From the NCBI GenBank assembly GCA_030167865.1, contig JALAGF010003778.1, forward strand, positions 62,001 through 101,454: a stretch of 39,454 bases of DNA. The letters are read 5' to 3'. The DNA is from Craspedostauros australis. Taxonomy: Eukaryota. The notes under the pieces were generated by a model. The model searched no databases, had not been told where the DNA came from, and saw only the letters and a program-made list of their open reading frames with translations. The translations under genes were made by a program, and so were the position numbers. Below, piece after piece: positions 1 to 10,829 of the stretch (the first letter of the stretch is position 1; every line of letters begins with the position of its first letter).

Positions 1-1016
1 CTTGCCTTCCAGAAGCTGTGAACTTCTTTCGGATATTCGCAAGTTCCTTGTCTACACGCTTTTGTTCATCCTCCTGTCATTCGCCGACGTAGTAGTAGCA
101 GTAGCAATTGCGATGGCCCGTTCGTTCGTTCGTTCATCGGTGAGGTCATCCACGAAGTCGTCAGCGCACCAATACACATGCACATTCGGAAGTTGAGTCA
201 TGAAATAAGATGTGGTCATCAGCGGCACCGTCAGTGCCAAGAGGCAGGCACACAGAACAGCAGCAACAAGTTGTGGAAGATGGATGCGACCAACGATAAT
301 GGGATCATGGTGATTTGTTCATTCATTCGTTCGTTGAATTCGTTGAATGGTTGACATCGCAAAGTAGGGTGGCAGAGTGAATGATGGATGTCCATCGCAT
401 GACATCCAACAAAACCGGAACGAAGCACGGCGAATCGAGCAGAATGGGGAAATGCAAGCAGATGAAAGTGAAGCAGAGCAGTTGATTCGGTCAGTTCATG
501 CATGATGAAGTTCGAACATTGCGAGCATCTCACATTCGGTGCAACTCCGGATGCCTCTTCCACATCCCCAATCACTCGGAGACAACATGCATCCATTCGG
601 TTGCTGGTCTTCGCCAAACAACGATCGCCTGAGGGCAGAAGCACCCAGCGAGCGTCACGGAACCACGAGGATTTTCTCTCTCGGCGCATGTTGTTTGGCA
701 CGACACCGATGTCACATGCGACATTTTATTCGAGAAATCATGTGCTCCGTTGAGTCGTGATGCATTCAATGTCTACACATATGAATACAAATATAATGTC
801 GTTTTGATGTCTCTGTGACGCTCTCTCTGTCCGCATTGATCATCGTTGGATGACCGCGCGGGTAAAGCGACGATACGGCACAGCTCGTCACAAGCAACAT
901 GATGCATGCAACACCATGGCGAAGTCGGCGGCAGCAGCGAAGAAGGATCGTACCTTGCTCTTGGCGTTTCGGAGGTCGGAGATGAAATTCTGAAGACCGC
1001 GGGCTTTGGTGGACAT
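1..1016 (-). CDS. AP2A: AP-2 adaptor complex subunit alpha (alpha-adaptin), 5' part only. Exon 1 is 1016..954, intron 953..74 (880 nt), exon 2 is 73..1 and continues off the window.
   Basis: Exon 1 encodes MSTKARGLQNFISDLRNAKSK and is followed by donor AAG|GTACGA. After acceptor ATGACAG|, exon 2 reads EDEQKRVDKELANIRKKFTASGRQ in phase 0. The joined peptide matches the conserved alpha-adaptin N-terminus (RGL..FISD.R...SKE.E..R..KELANIR.KF). Confidence 0.92.
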
Positions 1017-1690
1017 CTTGAAATGCTTGCTTTGGCGTCTGTGGGGACGTTCGCTCTGCTGTTGTGTGTGTTGATGCCCTCGAGAGCTTTGTTGAGACCG
1101 TTTTGCTGGCGACTGGGCGGGTTGTGGCGCGGGTTGCGACGCGTTCAGTTGCGGTTGCGACGACGGCTGATGTGTCGCCACAGCGTGTTGTTGCAATGCA
1201 CTGAACGAAGTTGGATTGTGACGTTTCGCACTGCTCTGTGTCGTTTTGCGTTGTGTGGCGTGACGGCCGTTGTCGATGGGCGGCTGCTTTGGGTGTGCGG
1301 AATGGCAGCGTGCACTCCTCGAGGGTGGGGAAGAGGCTTCGTCCGAGGAGGGAGGAGCAAGAGGGAGCAGATCTTGTGCACTCCCGACATGGCGATTTGG
1401 CGCTGCGCGTTGTTGCGTCTACTTTGTTGTGCACTCCGCCGAAATGACTCCCACGGCACTGCGATCAATCCGCGAACCAATCCATCGAGTCATTGGATCA
1501 AAGACCATTTCCGTTGAGTTTCTTGTTGGACGCGACTCTTCCGAATTGAGTGAAATCATTCGTGGATGCGATTGAGATGGCTGTTGCTTCCTCTTGGCCA
1601 ATCATAACGCTCGAAAGCTATCCACGATTGTGATGCAGCTTTGGCGCCAAAAACAACCAACAAGCAAGAACATTGGATCAAGCCATCAAC

Positions 1691-1750
1691 CACCAACAAA
1701 CACCAACAAACACCAACAAACACCAACAAACACCAACAAACACCAAACAC
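1691..1750 (+). repeat. Tandem repeat (CACCAACAAA)x5 plus a variant CACCAAACAC
   Basis: Five perfect 10-bp copies at 1691-1740 are seen directly. They lie in the divergent spacer between AP2A and the RluA-family gene, about 150 nt upstream of the RluA ATG. Confidence 0.95.
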
Positions 1751-1894
1751 GAAGATTCAATTCCATCAAACATCGGCCACACCAAAAACAGCCTCGTTTG
1801 TGTCTTCGCATCCTACCTTCTATGCGTCATCACAACCCATGCTGACAAAACGTTCGAATAGCCTGGAGTAGTCGCGGAGCAGTCGGTCCCTTGC

Positions 1895-3244
1895 ATGTCA
1901 AGCTCCACCAAGACAGGGCGGATATTCGCCCCAACACTTGTATCGACCATCTCCCATCGCAGCACTTCAGGAGGATCCATGAGCCTCGCGTGCAACCCAA
2001 TGTACTTCAGGATCTCCCGGGGGATCTCGCATGTATCTTCATCCTTGCGAAGTAGGAGGCGGTACATGCATCCTGACAGCGGATTCCGTCAAGGATCTCG
2101 GTCCATCCAAGCGACACTCACCCGTACTTATAGCAACAGTGATCACCGACCATTGAATCCGCCGCGCGTGCTCTACGAGGACAACCACCTCCTGGTTGTG
2201 GACAAGCCAGCTGGTTGGCATTCCGTGCCGAATCCGCCTTCAGGGTCTGGAGGGACTCCAACACGCAAGTGCCTCCTTTCGGAGCTGAAACGACGGAAAT
2301 TAGGTGGAGGGTCGCAGAAAGATTTCCTGCTTCCGTTGCATCGTCTCGATCAGCCCTGCACGGGCATCCTGATGCTGGCGAAGACATCAAAGGCTGCCAC
2401 ACGCATTACGAAAGTGTGGAAGAAGAAGCAGGTGCGAAAGGATTACCTGTGCGTTGTTGCTACTGATCACCTGGAGAACCTAATGAGAGCATGCCAGCCG
2501 TGCGAGGGAAGGCATCCTTCTGGTGTTAACTCCCACCATGGTGACGCTGATGTTGACAACGATGGTGGCAATCGTCCGTACCAGACTACTGACAACGATC
2601 TAGGTGGCGAAACAATGGAGATGAAGCAAAACCGACGAACAGTCCCATCCACCCCACAAGACGATGGCATGTGCATACCTGGACATACACTGGAGGGCAT
2701 ACTTCTGAGACCAAGTCGCGGTGCGCAGAGTAGATCAACCCGCATAGTCTCATATTCGCAGTCGCATAGAGGAGAACCACCACTCTCCCCGCATCAAGTA
2801 CAAGGGTATCAGCAAAGACGGCAGCGTCACGTCTCTGCAACGATACGTACCTTGCCATTTGAAATGATGGCTAATCATCCAAAACGGCAATCGCATCGAC
2901 TGCTTCTTGTCTCCACGAGTGAAGGCGCTCGTCACATGGTGCGTGCGATTCTCGGCCAGGTGGGTGCGTGTCCCATCGTTGGAGATTTGAGGTACGGCGG
3001 TGGCGACAGGTTTGGTGCGCGCAGCGGTTCAAGCACCCCAACAACCAGCGCGCTTCCTGATGGCTCCGTCGCGCTTCACGCGGTGCGCGTTATTCTGCCG
3101 TCGACGCTGCAGCTGGGATCGTTGGCGGTGCACGCGTTCCAAGCACCAATTCCAATTCTATGGACAGAGCTCTTCGGCATCACGGATGCGGACACGCATG
3201 CCTTCCTTTGCAACAAGGAGCAGGAAGTCACGCAGCGCAACTAG
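1895..3244 (+). CDS. RluA-family RNA pseudouridine synthase (449 aa), possibly organelle-targeted
   Basis: Motifs VLYEDNHLLVVDKPAG, catalytic LHRLDQPCTG (HRLD), KDYLCVV, GARHMVRA (equivalent of GRTHQIR), PIVGDLRYG and ALHA. The first ~60 residues are S/R-rich and lack acidic residues, resembling a mitochondrial presequence. Single exon; the exact start Met is uncertain. Confidence 0.9.
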   Translation: MSSSTKTGRIFAPTLVSTISHRSTSGGSMSLACNPMYFRISRGISHVSSSLRSRRRYMHPDSGFRQGSRSIQATLTRTYSNSDHRPLNPPRVLYEDNHLLVVDKPAGWHSVPNPPSGSGGTPTRKCLLSELKRRKLGGGSQKDFLLPLHRLDQPCTGILMLAKTSKAATRITKVWKKKQVRKDYLCVVATDHLENLMRACQPCEGRHPSGVNSHHGDADVDNDGGNRPYQTTDNDLGGETMEMKQNRRTVPSTPQDDGMCIPGHTLEGILLRPSRGAQSRSTRIVSYSQSHRGEPPLSPHQVQGYQQRRQRHVSATIRTLPFEMMANHPKRQSHRLLLVSTSEGARHMVRAILGQVGACPIVGDLRYGGGDRFGARSGSSTPTTSALPDGSVALHAVRVILPSTLQLGSLAVHAFQAPIPILWTELFGITDADTHAFLCNKEQEVTQRN

Positions 3245-3668
3245 CAGCGATGGCGCATGACATGAGTGAGCTCGCGTCAATGTCCAATGGTCAGCATGGA
3301 TGGGGCATTTTTGTAGATTGCATCATATTATACCACATTTGAACTATTCTTTTTTGCATCACTGCCATACGCGTACCCATACCGTCCCCTACGGTCCATA
3401 GAGTGCACGGATTGCCATTGATTGTTCAATCGTCAACAGTTCGAAGCGTAGCTTGTGGATTGTGAAGTGTCATACGAGGACTCTGTTTATGTTTATCTTT
3501 GGTTTCCCTTTTATGTATAGAGTTGGAAAGTGTGTGTGTGAGAGAGAGAGAGCAGGAGCTTGATACTGGCAGGTTCCACATGTATACGTATCAGATTGGA
3601 CTGGTATCTTGAGCTGCTGTTGCTACGATAACCGCAACGAATTGGCCGTGCGATACACGCCCTCCTCC

Positions 3669-6600
3669 CTAGATGATGTCGACATTGTGAAGCTCATGAC
3701 CATCCTCGTCGCGAGGTGGTCCAAGGTAGACCTCCGGCTCGTCGTCGGGCTCCAGGGCGAGCCCAGCGGCCATCGGGTCCGAGTTTGGCGAGATTGGGGC
3801 AGCGTCTTTGACGAGCGGTCGGAATGTGGAATCCCGCTTGGGCGCGAGGTTGACCTGATCCGAACTTCCCTGGAATCGGTTCTTTCGTCGACGTCGCAGC
3901 TGCATGCACGTGGCGGAATCGTCACGTGTGTCGTTTGATCGGCTGCGCATCAAAATGACGACTGCCAGGATGATTGCAATCACGGCAACGATGGTGGCGA
4001 TCACAATCGCTGCCATCCCAACGCTGTCGCTGTCATCGCCCGATCCCGCAGCTCGCTCTGTGGCTTGTTCTGAGCCGACGCGCACTTCGCAGTCATCCCC
4101 TGTCCAGCCATCGGCGCAGTTGCAACCGGGATGTGGCTTGTCCGCAGCGACGTAGCTCTTGCATTTACCCTCGTTCACACAGAAGTGAAGTGGGCGGCCT
4201 GGCACGGGCTCGCCGGTGGTGCAGATATCGGTGGCCTCATGCTGGCAAGAATCACCGGAGAAGAGAGCGTACTGATTCTCGCCGTCCAGCTTGTCATCCG
4301 CTGTGGCACAGTCGCAGGAATGCTCGCCTTTGTTGGACACGCACTGGGATCCGTGCAGGCAGTGGTGTTCGTTCTTGCCGCAGGTTTCCACCTTGTGCTT
4401 GCAAGTGAGGCCGGTGTAACCCTCTGGGCAGACGCAGTGCTCGACGCGTTCCTTCTGGTGAGTCTTGTTCAAGTGGTCAACGTGCTTGGTGGTGTCCTCG
4501 AGAGCGCCGAGGTCCTTGGTGCCCTCCTTGCAGACTCCACCGTTGAAGCATTCGAGTTCGCAGACATCGGATGGATCTGCTGGTGTGGGAGCATCGTCGC
4601 TGTCGTCACCCGGTCGGATGTTGTCTTCCGCATCGCCTCCAACGTCGTACATGGTCGCCTCACAACGCTGCATCGTCGCAGATAGTCAGAAGTTGCGATG
4701 GGACAGAATTGGTGGTGATGCGATCATGAGGAACGAACGAACAATGAGGATATGGTATTATTCATGAGTGCAAAACGAGATGAGCGGAAACAGGAGGCAT
4801 ACATACTCGTATGGTGAGATGGATGGTATATGTGTATGAAGCACTCAAATCCACATTCACATTCACATTCGCATGCACAGGCAAATGCATGTCCGTCAGA
4901 CAAAGCATCAAACTTACCAGTCCGGTGTATCCGGTTGGACAGTCGCATCCGAGCTTGCCAGTGCGACAGCGACCGCCGTTGACGCAGAACTCGGATTGCT
5001 CGAAGCTGCTGTTTGGTGCTTGTCCCACGCAGATGGAGGTGGATTGATATTGGCAGAACTTGCCGGAGTACAGATGACCTCCGGCTTGATCGACGGCCGT
5101 GGAACAGTCACATTCGTAGGTGGTATCGCCGTGGACGTCTCCCGCCATGCAGGTGCCGCCGAAGTAGCAGTAGTGGCCGGGAGCGCACTCCTCAAAGTCA
5201 TCGATCTGCGCAGGTGGCGCGTCCTTGACGGCCTCGTCGACGCTGATCTCGATCTCGCACTTCTCGCCGGTCCATCCCGAGTGGCACGTGCATCCCATCT
5301 CGCCGTTGGGCTTGCACTTGCCTCCGTTGGTGCAGAAGGAACCGTTGTCGCACAGGAGCGTGGATGGGTACTGGCATTTGTCGCCGGCGTAAAATATGCC
5401 TGGATTTTGGTTTGCTGTGATGCAATCGCAGTACGGCGCGTCGGTATCGCTGTCACGGCAGATGGCGCCGTTGTGACACTTGTGGGTGCCGCAGATCTGC
5501 GAGTCGGGGTGCTGAGGCTCAGAAGCATGATCTTCCTCGACGTCGTGGACGTGGAACTCGCAGTGCTTGCCTGTCCAGTTGACGCCGCACTTGCATTTGT
5601 GCTTTTCGTTCTTGCCGCAGCGACCATGGTTGGTGCAGAAGTGGAGGCCCTGCAGAGTGTCTGGGACTTCGTCAGCATTGCACACCACCGTCGATGGGTA
5701 CTGGCAGGAATCTCCGGCAAACAGATGATCGCCATCGAAGGCCTGGCTGCAGTCGCAGTACTTGGCGCCTTGGCGTCCGACGCATTTCCCGCCGTTGAAG
5801 CAGTGGGTGTCGCCGCATGGCTCGACGTTGTCGTTGGTTGGGTCTTGGTCTTGGGTGGGGTCGTCCGTGGTCAAGAGCTGGCACTGATCTCCTGTGAAGC
5901 CGTCGTGGCATTTGCACGTGTCCTGGCCGCCGGTTGGGCACTTGCCTCCGTTGACGCAGAAGGGAACGGCGGAACTGCTGGGACATTCGACGTTGGCACG
6001 GAACTCGCATTTGTCTCCGGCGTAGAAGATGCCCTCGGCAGCATGCTGCGCGGGGGCGCAGTCGCACTCGAAGCTTCCGTCTGCGTTCTCGACGCATGCG
6101 GAGCCGTGCAGGCATTTCAAGTCGCTTCCGCAGGCCGAGGTGACATTCTCGCCCGGATGCGTGACGTCGACGTGGACGTCTCCAGCGGTGCTGCCACTGT
6201 TGATCTCGAATTCGCAGTGCATGCCCTCGAAGGCCCGGCTGCATCGGCACCCTGCCTCCACATGGTGCATGTTGCAGGATCCGTTGTTGGTGCAGAAGTA
6301 AGCGCCGACCATGCCAACGTCAGCCGGTGGGTCGTTGCAGATGATGGTGGATGGGAATTCGCACTGCTCTCCAGCGAAGATGGTGTCCTCGGTGAAGGCG
6401 TTGGCGCAGTCGCAGTAGTAACCGGTTTGGCCGGAGCGGCAAGTACCGCCGTTGTGGCAGACGAGGCTGGAACCGCACTGCACTGGCTCTGGTGGGTTCG
6501 ATCCGACACCATCAGCCACAACACCGTCGGTGCCTGCATCATTCTCCTTGTCATCGTTGCGCTTCGTGGGACGCTCGCACTTGGGCCCAGTGAAATCGGA

Positions 6601-8029
6601 TGTGCAGGAGCAATCTCCCAGCGGGTTCTGCGGGCACTGTCCGCCGTTGACGCAGAAGAAGTTTTCGGAGTCGACGAAGCTGTCGTTGGAGCAATCCTGC
6701 GAGGAGGGGAATTGGCAGTTGGCACCCGCGAACTTGGTGTGGGGATTGGCGGCGTCGGCGGCAGTGGTGCAGTCGCAATGGTAACGGATCTCTGTGTGGG
6801 TGGAGCTGTGAGTGACCTCGGTCTTGAGGCAGGTGGAACCGTGGTAGCAGGTGTGGCTCGTGTGGTGATGCTTGTGCTTGCCGTCGTTGGAAGTGGTGGT
6901 GCCGTCATGTCCGCAGACCGTGGCCGAAGCCTCGCAGCTGAGACCGCCGGTGCCGTCGGGGCACTCGCAGCGCATGTGCTTGTGGATTTGCTTCTCGGAC
7001 CAGATGTCTCCGATCTTGTCCATCTCCTCGGGCGATCGCAGACCGACGACGCAGCGTCCTTCTCCGCAGTCCAACGTGCATTCCGGCATCTCTCCAATTC
7101 GGAACTCGCAGTGCTCGCCTTGGTATCCGGCTGCGCAGAAGCATGGTGTGCCGCCACTAGTCCTGTTTTTTTTTTTAATATGTGGGCGGGTGCGGAGAGT
7201 GGAGAGAGAAGTGCGAAGCGTGGAATATAGTGGTGCATATGGATGAGAGAATAACGCGGAGTTACAATTTCCAGGATTCATGTGATGCAATGCAAGTATC
7301 ACACGATTGTGGGAAACGGGAAGAGCAATGTGCAAGGGAAGAGTTGTGCAAGTGAAAGCAAGCAGTGTCTGTGTCAGTCCACTGTTGCGATGAGCAGGCT
7401 GCATATCCTCAATTGCTGACTTTGGTTGCGACGCAGCATCCTCCAGGGGCTCCAAAGGAAGGCAATGCAATTGAGCAATGAAGCAATAAAGCGATCCGGC
7501 ACTCTGCTTGTACTCACTTGTACTGCGTGTTGCAGGTGGAGGAATGCACGCAGAAATGGTTGTCGTCGTCTGGATCGCAGGTGGCGGTGGCGGTGACGGG
7601 AGTCTCGCAGTACTTTCCCGTGAAGCGGGTGCCGTCCGCGGAGGCCGCCTCGCTGCAGTCGCAGTACGTCTGATCGTTGCCGTACCGATCGAGGAAGCCG
7701 CTGACGCACTTGCCGCTGTGGTAGCAGTGATGCGTGTCCTTGTGGTGGCCGGTGTTGTGCGGCGTGACATGGCAGGACTCGTACTTGCGATCGCACATGA
7801 CGCCCGTCCATCCTGGCGGGCAGTCGCAGTGCATGCCGTCCAGTGTCAAGGCGCCGTCCTTGTGCGAATGGTCGCCGACGGTGGCGCTCTCGCCGAACTT
7901 GCAGGGTGCGTCGATGGGACAGTTCAAGGTGCATTCGGGATCGATGGCAGATGCGGGCGACGCGAGCAGCAGCTGGGTCATGATGCCCAGCATGCCCAGG
8001 AGCCCGAGCTTGGTTGCGGATGGCTTCAT
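3669..8029 (-). CDS. EGF-A: type I membrane protein with 19 EGF-like modules (~1251 aa). Exons 8029..7518, 7162..4918, 4667..3669.
   Basis: Signal peptide MKPSATKLGLLGMLGIMTQLLLASPASA. Intron 1 is 7517..7163 (AA|GTGAGT ... AAACAG|G, phase 2). Intron 2 is 4917..4668 (CTG|GTAAGT ... CTGAC ... TGCAG|CGT, phase 0). Both junctions rebuild intact 6-Cys modules (TQYK/TSGGTPCFC and GYTGL/RCE). Spliced length is 3756 nt, a multiple of 3. TM helix MAAIVIATIVAVIAIILAVVILM is followed by a ~90-aa cytoplasmic tail. Confidence 0.9.
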
Positions 8030-8483
8030 GGTGGTTGCTCTGCAGTTCGAGTATGAATGAAAGGTCTCAAGTATGATGACCAGTTCTTTGCTTCGGTTTG
8101 ATCCAGCGGAGGTCTGATTTTATGACTGGGTGATTGCGAATCGCCTTTGGTGGATCACAGCTGAATTACAGGTGGTACTGGTTGCTCTTTTCTTGGTTGC
8201 TGTCGTCGTCGTCGTCGTCGTTCACAGTTGAGTTGCAGATGCCTGGATGCGCCTCACCAAATTTTGACGTTTCTTGGTTGGTTGAATTTTGTGTTTTTGT
8301 GCGATGTTCTTGCTCCCTTTGCTTGTTTTCTTGGTCGTCTGTTGCTTGTTGCTTGTTGCTGCAGATGTGACTGTTGTGACAAGTGTTGCGCTGTCAAGAG
8401 AGACTTTGAATTATGATTGGGATTATGATCGGGGTTGTGATGTCAGTGTTGATTCAGATGTGAACAGACTCACACACACCATC

Positions 8484-8551
8484 AAGCAAGCAAACAAGCA
8501 AACAAGCAAACAAGCAACCAAGCAAGAAAGAAAGAAAGAAAGAAAGAAAGA
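8484..8551 (+). repeat. Compound tetranucleotide low-complexity tract (CAAG/CAAA, then AAAG repeats)
   Basis: aagcaagcaaacaagcaaacaagcaaacaagcaaccaagcaagaaagaaagaaagaaagaaagaaag is seen directly in the EGF-A / PLP-enzyme spacer. Confidence 0.8.
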
Positions 8552-10829
8552 AGGCGCGAAAGCGAAAGGGCAACGGAAGGAAGGAAAAGATTTTGGCGGG
8601 TGCAGTTGTGGTGCTTGTTGTGCGATGTGTGATGCGTGGTGTGTTCCCATCACGTTCGTTGCTGCTCTTCCTCCGTGTTGCGTTGCCGAAGTTAGCGCTG
8701 TCGCAATGCGGTAACTGCCCGATTTGCCCACGGGATGTGGTGGCATTGCCATTGTGACTGGTATGGGCATTCGTTATCGCGCCTTTCTTGGTGCTGTGCG
8801 GCTTTCTGCACTGGTTCCTTCCCGTGTGATGGGAATTCAATTCGTTCTTTCGCGTGCAGGAAGAATCCCTGCACGACCGCGTGTGTGCGGAACGCGTTTG
8901 AGTCCTGTGCGAGTTTCGCCGGTCGCACAAGTCATCCCATAACTAGTCCACTGTAACAAAAATTATCAACTGAGACATATTCGTGTCAATACTTATCACA
9001 GTGCGACATGAGAAGGCTCAACAGTTGCGGAACCAAGACTCACACGAAGCAAGCGACGACTCAATCGACCAAAACTGGTCTGTGTCTCAAAACAATCCCG
9101 TGTTGGGGTTGTCATCTTGGTTCCGCACGATTGGATCGTGGCATTCTTGGTTGGTGCGATCTGTTTTCGTCGACTGCGCCAATCGCCGTAATTATTGTGG
9201 CGACCGTGGCAACCGTGACAACCACCAACATCGAGACAGGACAGAACAATAGGAGCAAGAAGCATCGTGGTGCGGAACGATGCCAAAGAGATAGCAAGAA
9301 AGGGAGCATGCCATGGCCAAGTCATGTTGCGCTGCTCTGCTCTCTGTGGACGCAGCTGTGGCAGGATGATCGAGAGATGCGCTTCCGATTGAAGTCTTGA
9401 TACAGGCAGGATCGAGGCAACCTTCCCTCACCGATGTCGGCACTGGAGCTACCATCGGTCTTTTGCGTTGTCAATGGGCAGCCGCGGAGGCCTGTTCCTG
9501 AGTCTTTGTCCATGGCATTACGCACTCTGCGCTGAGCCCCACCAATCACCCCTGTCTGGACATGAAGGAGGCGGCACCCCCATAGCAGACGATCTTCGAA
9601 CCCAACACGCTGCGCAGCATCAGGCAAAGCGACAGATCACGGATGCAGACGCCACATGGCAAGAATAATGAGCATGCACCACTCCATGGTTCTCGACCGT
9701 CTCCACATTCGCAGTTGTTGCTGATTCGACCACGATGGTGTCTTGCTGGGCATGCGTATGGCACGTGCACTGATGTCCTCGCCTTTCATCGGGCTGCGCG
9801 GGATGGGGAGCGGCGCCAAGTTGCATCCCTGTCACTGCAGCAATCGGTTTGGGCAACCAAGAGCGGCGATCCCTGGCATCCCGATCATTCTCCAAACATG
9901 GAGATCATGAGAGCATCCATGGAAGTATCAATCGGAGTGATCCCATGAATGATGTGATAGTCTGGGCAGGAACGCACATGAAATGCTAGCCAGACACTTG
10001 CATGGAGAGCCATCCGCAAAGCAGCGTGCTCTCTCATCAACACCATCCAGCGAAGACGTGACTGATGACAGAGAGAAGACGCTGGGATTCACAGATTGAG
10101 TTCGTCTGGGAAACGTCAACATCGAACCTCATCTCTTGTGTGTGGAAGGGGGAGTTGCCCTTCGAGAAGCACTTTCATCAAATCTAGTACGATAGCGTGA
10201 TCGCCGAGAAGGGCGAGCATTTCAGCAACAATAGAGTAAATCTAATGGAGACCATCTGCAGTGATGGTACGTACTGACGGATAGGTATCATACCAATACT
10301 CATATTGCACCATGCACGTCCTCGTACTCATATGAGTACCGAATGCAAGTGCTATCCTCCCGGGCATAGTATTATGAACTTTCGCGAAGCTAAATGGGAA
10401 AGTGTCTCCACCGTCAGACATGCGCACGTTGTCTCTCTCCTTGGCACGACCGATCCGATTCATCCACACGCACCAAAGAGCGATGATTCGAGAAGTAACG
10501 AGACCAAAAAGATGCGTCCTGATTCACCAAGGAAGGATCCAAACCTGACGCATCTCTCCAAACACAAAGGGAGAACCGACAGCTTCGTTGACACTGCGGC
10601 AGCCCGCTCTTGCCATCAAACGCGTGTTGGACGATCGTCTTTGTTGCCTCATTCCGTGGCCATCCATCCATTCATCACAAGGACAGTGCCAAGCAAAGCA
10701 GAGATTTATTGATCCCATAAATTGGACTTCGACATCTTCATCTCGCAGCAGCACCACATCAGCCACCACATCACACGATCACAAGATCACACGATCATAT
10801 CACACAGTATCACAGAACAACACAACACG

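Noticed and set aside
1691-1750. CRISPR-like or telomeric array
   Set aside because: These are contiguous 10-bp units with no spacers, not a TTAGGG-type repeat, and the context is eukaryotic and internal.
4873-7230. 785-aa + strand ORF antisense to EGF-A exon 2
   Set aside because: It mirrors the real exon codon for codon. Long antisense ORFs are expected with C/G-ending codon bias, and the A/V/G/L-rich translation has no motifs. The same applies to 10800-11567, 23856-24689, 31088-31921 and 31940-33019.
4762-7770. 1002-aa track ORF taken as a single-exon gene
   Set aside because: Its N- and C-terminal parts are intron or wrong-frame sequence. The three-exon model restores the signal peptide, complete EGF modules and the TM helix.
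1-8029. Functional link between AP-2 alpha and the neighbouring EGF membrane protein as endocytic cargo
   Set aside because: Neither EGF tail has a canonical YxxPhi or [DE]xxxL[LI] motif, and adjacency in a eukaryotic genome is weak evidence.
8100-10750. Numerous 60-160 aa ORFs in the EGF-A / PLP-enzyme spacer
   Set aside because: They overlap on both strands, include microsatellite-derived translations and show no coding bias, so I treated the region as intergenic.
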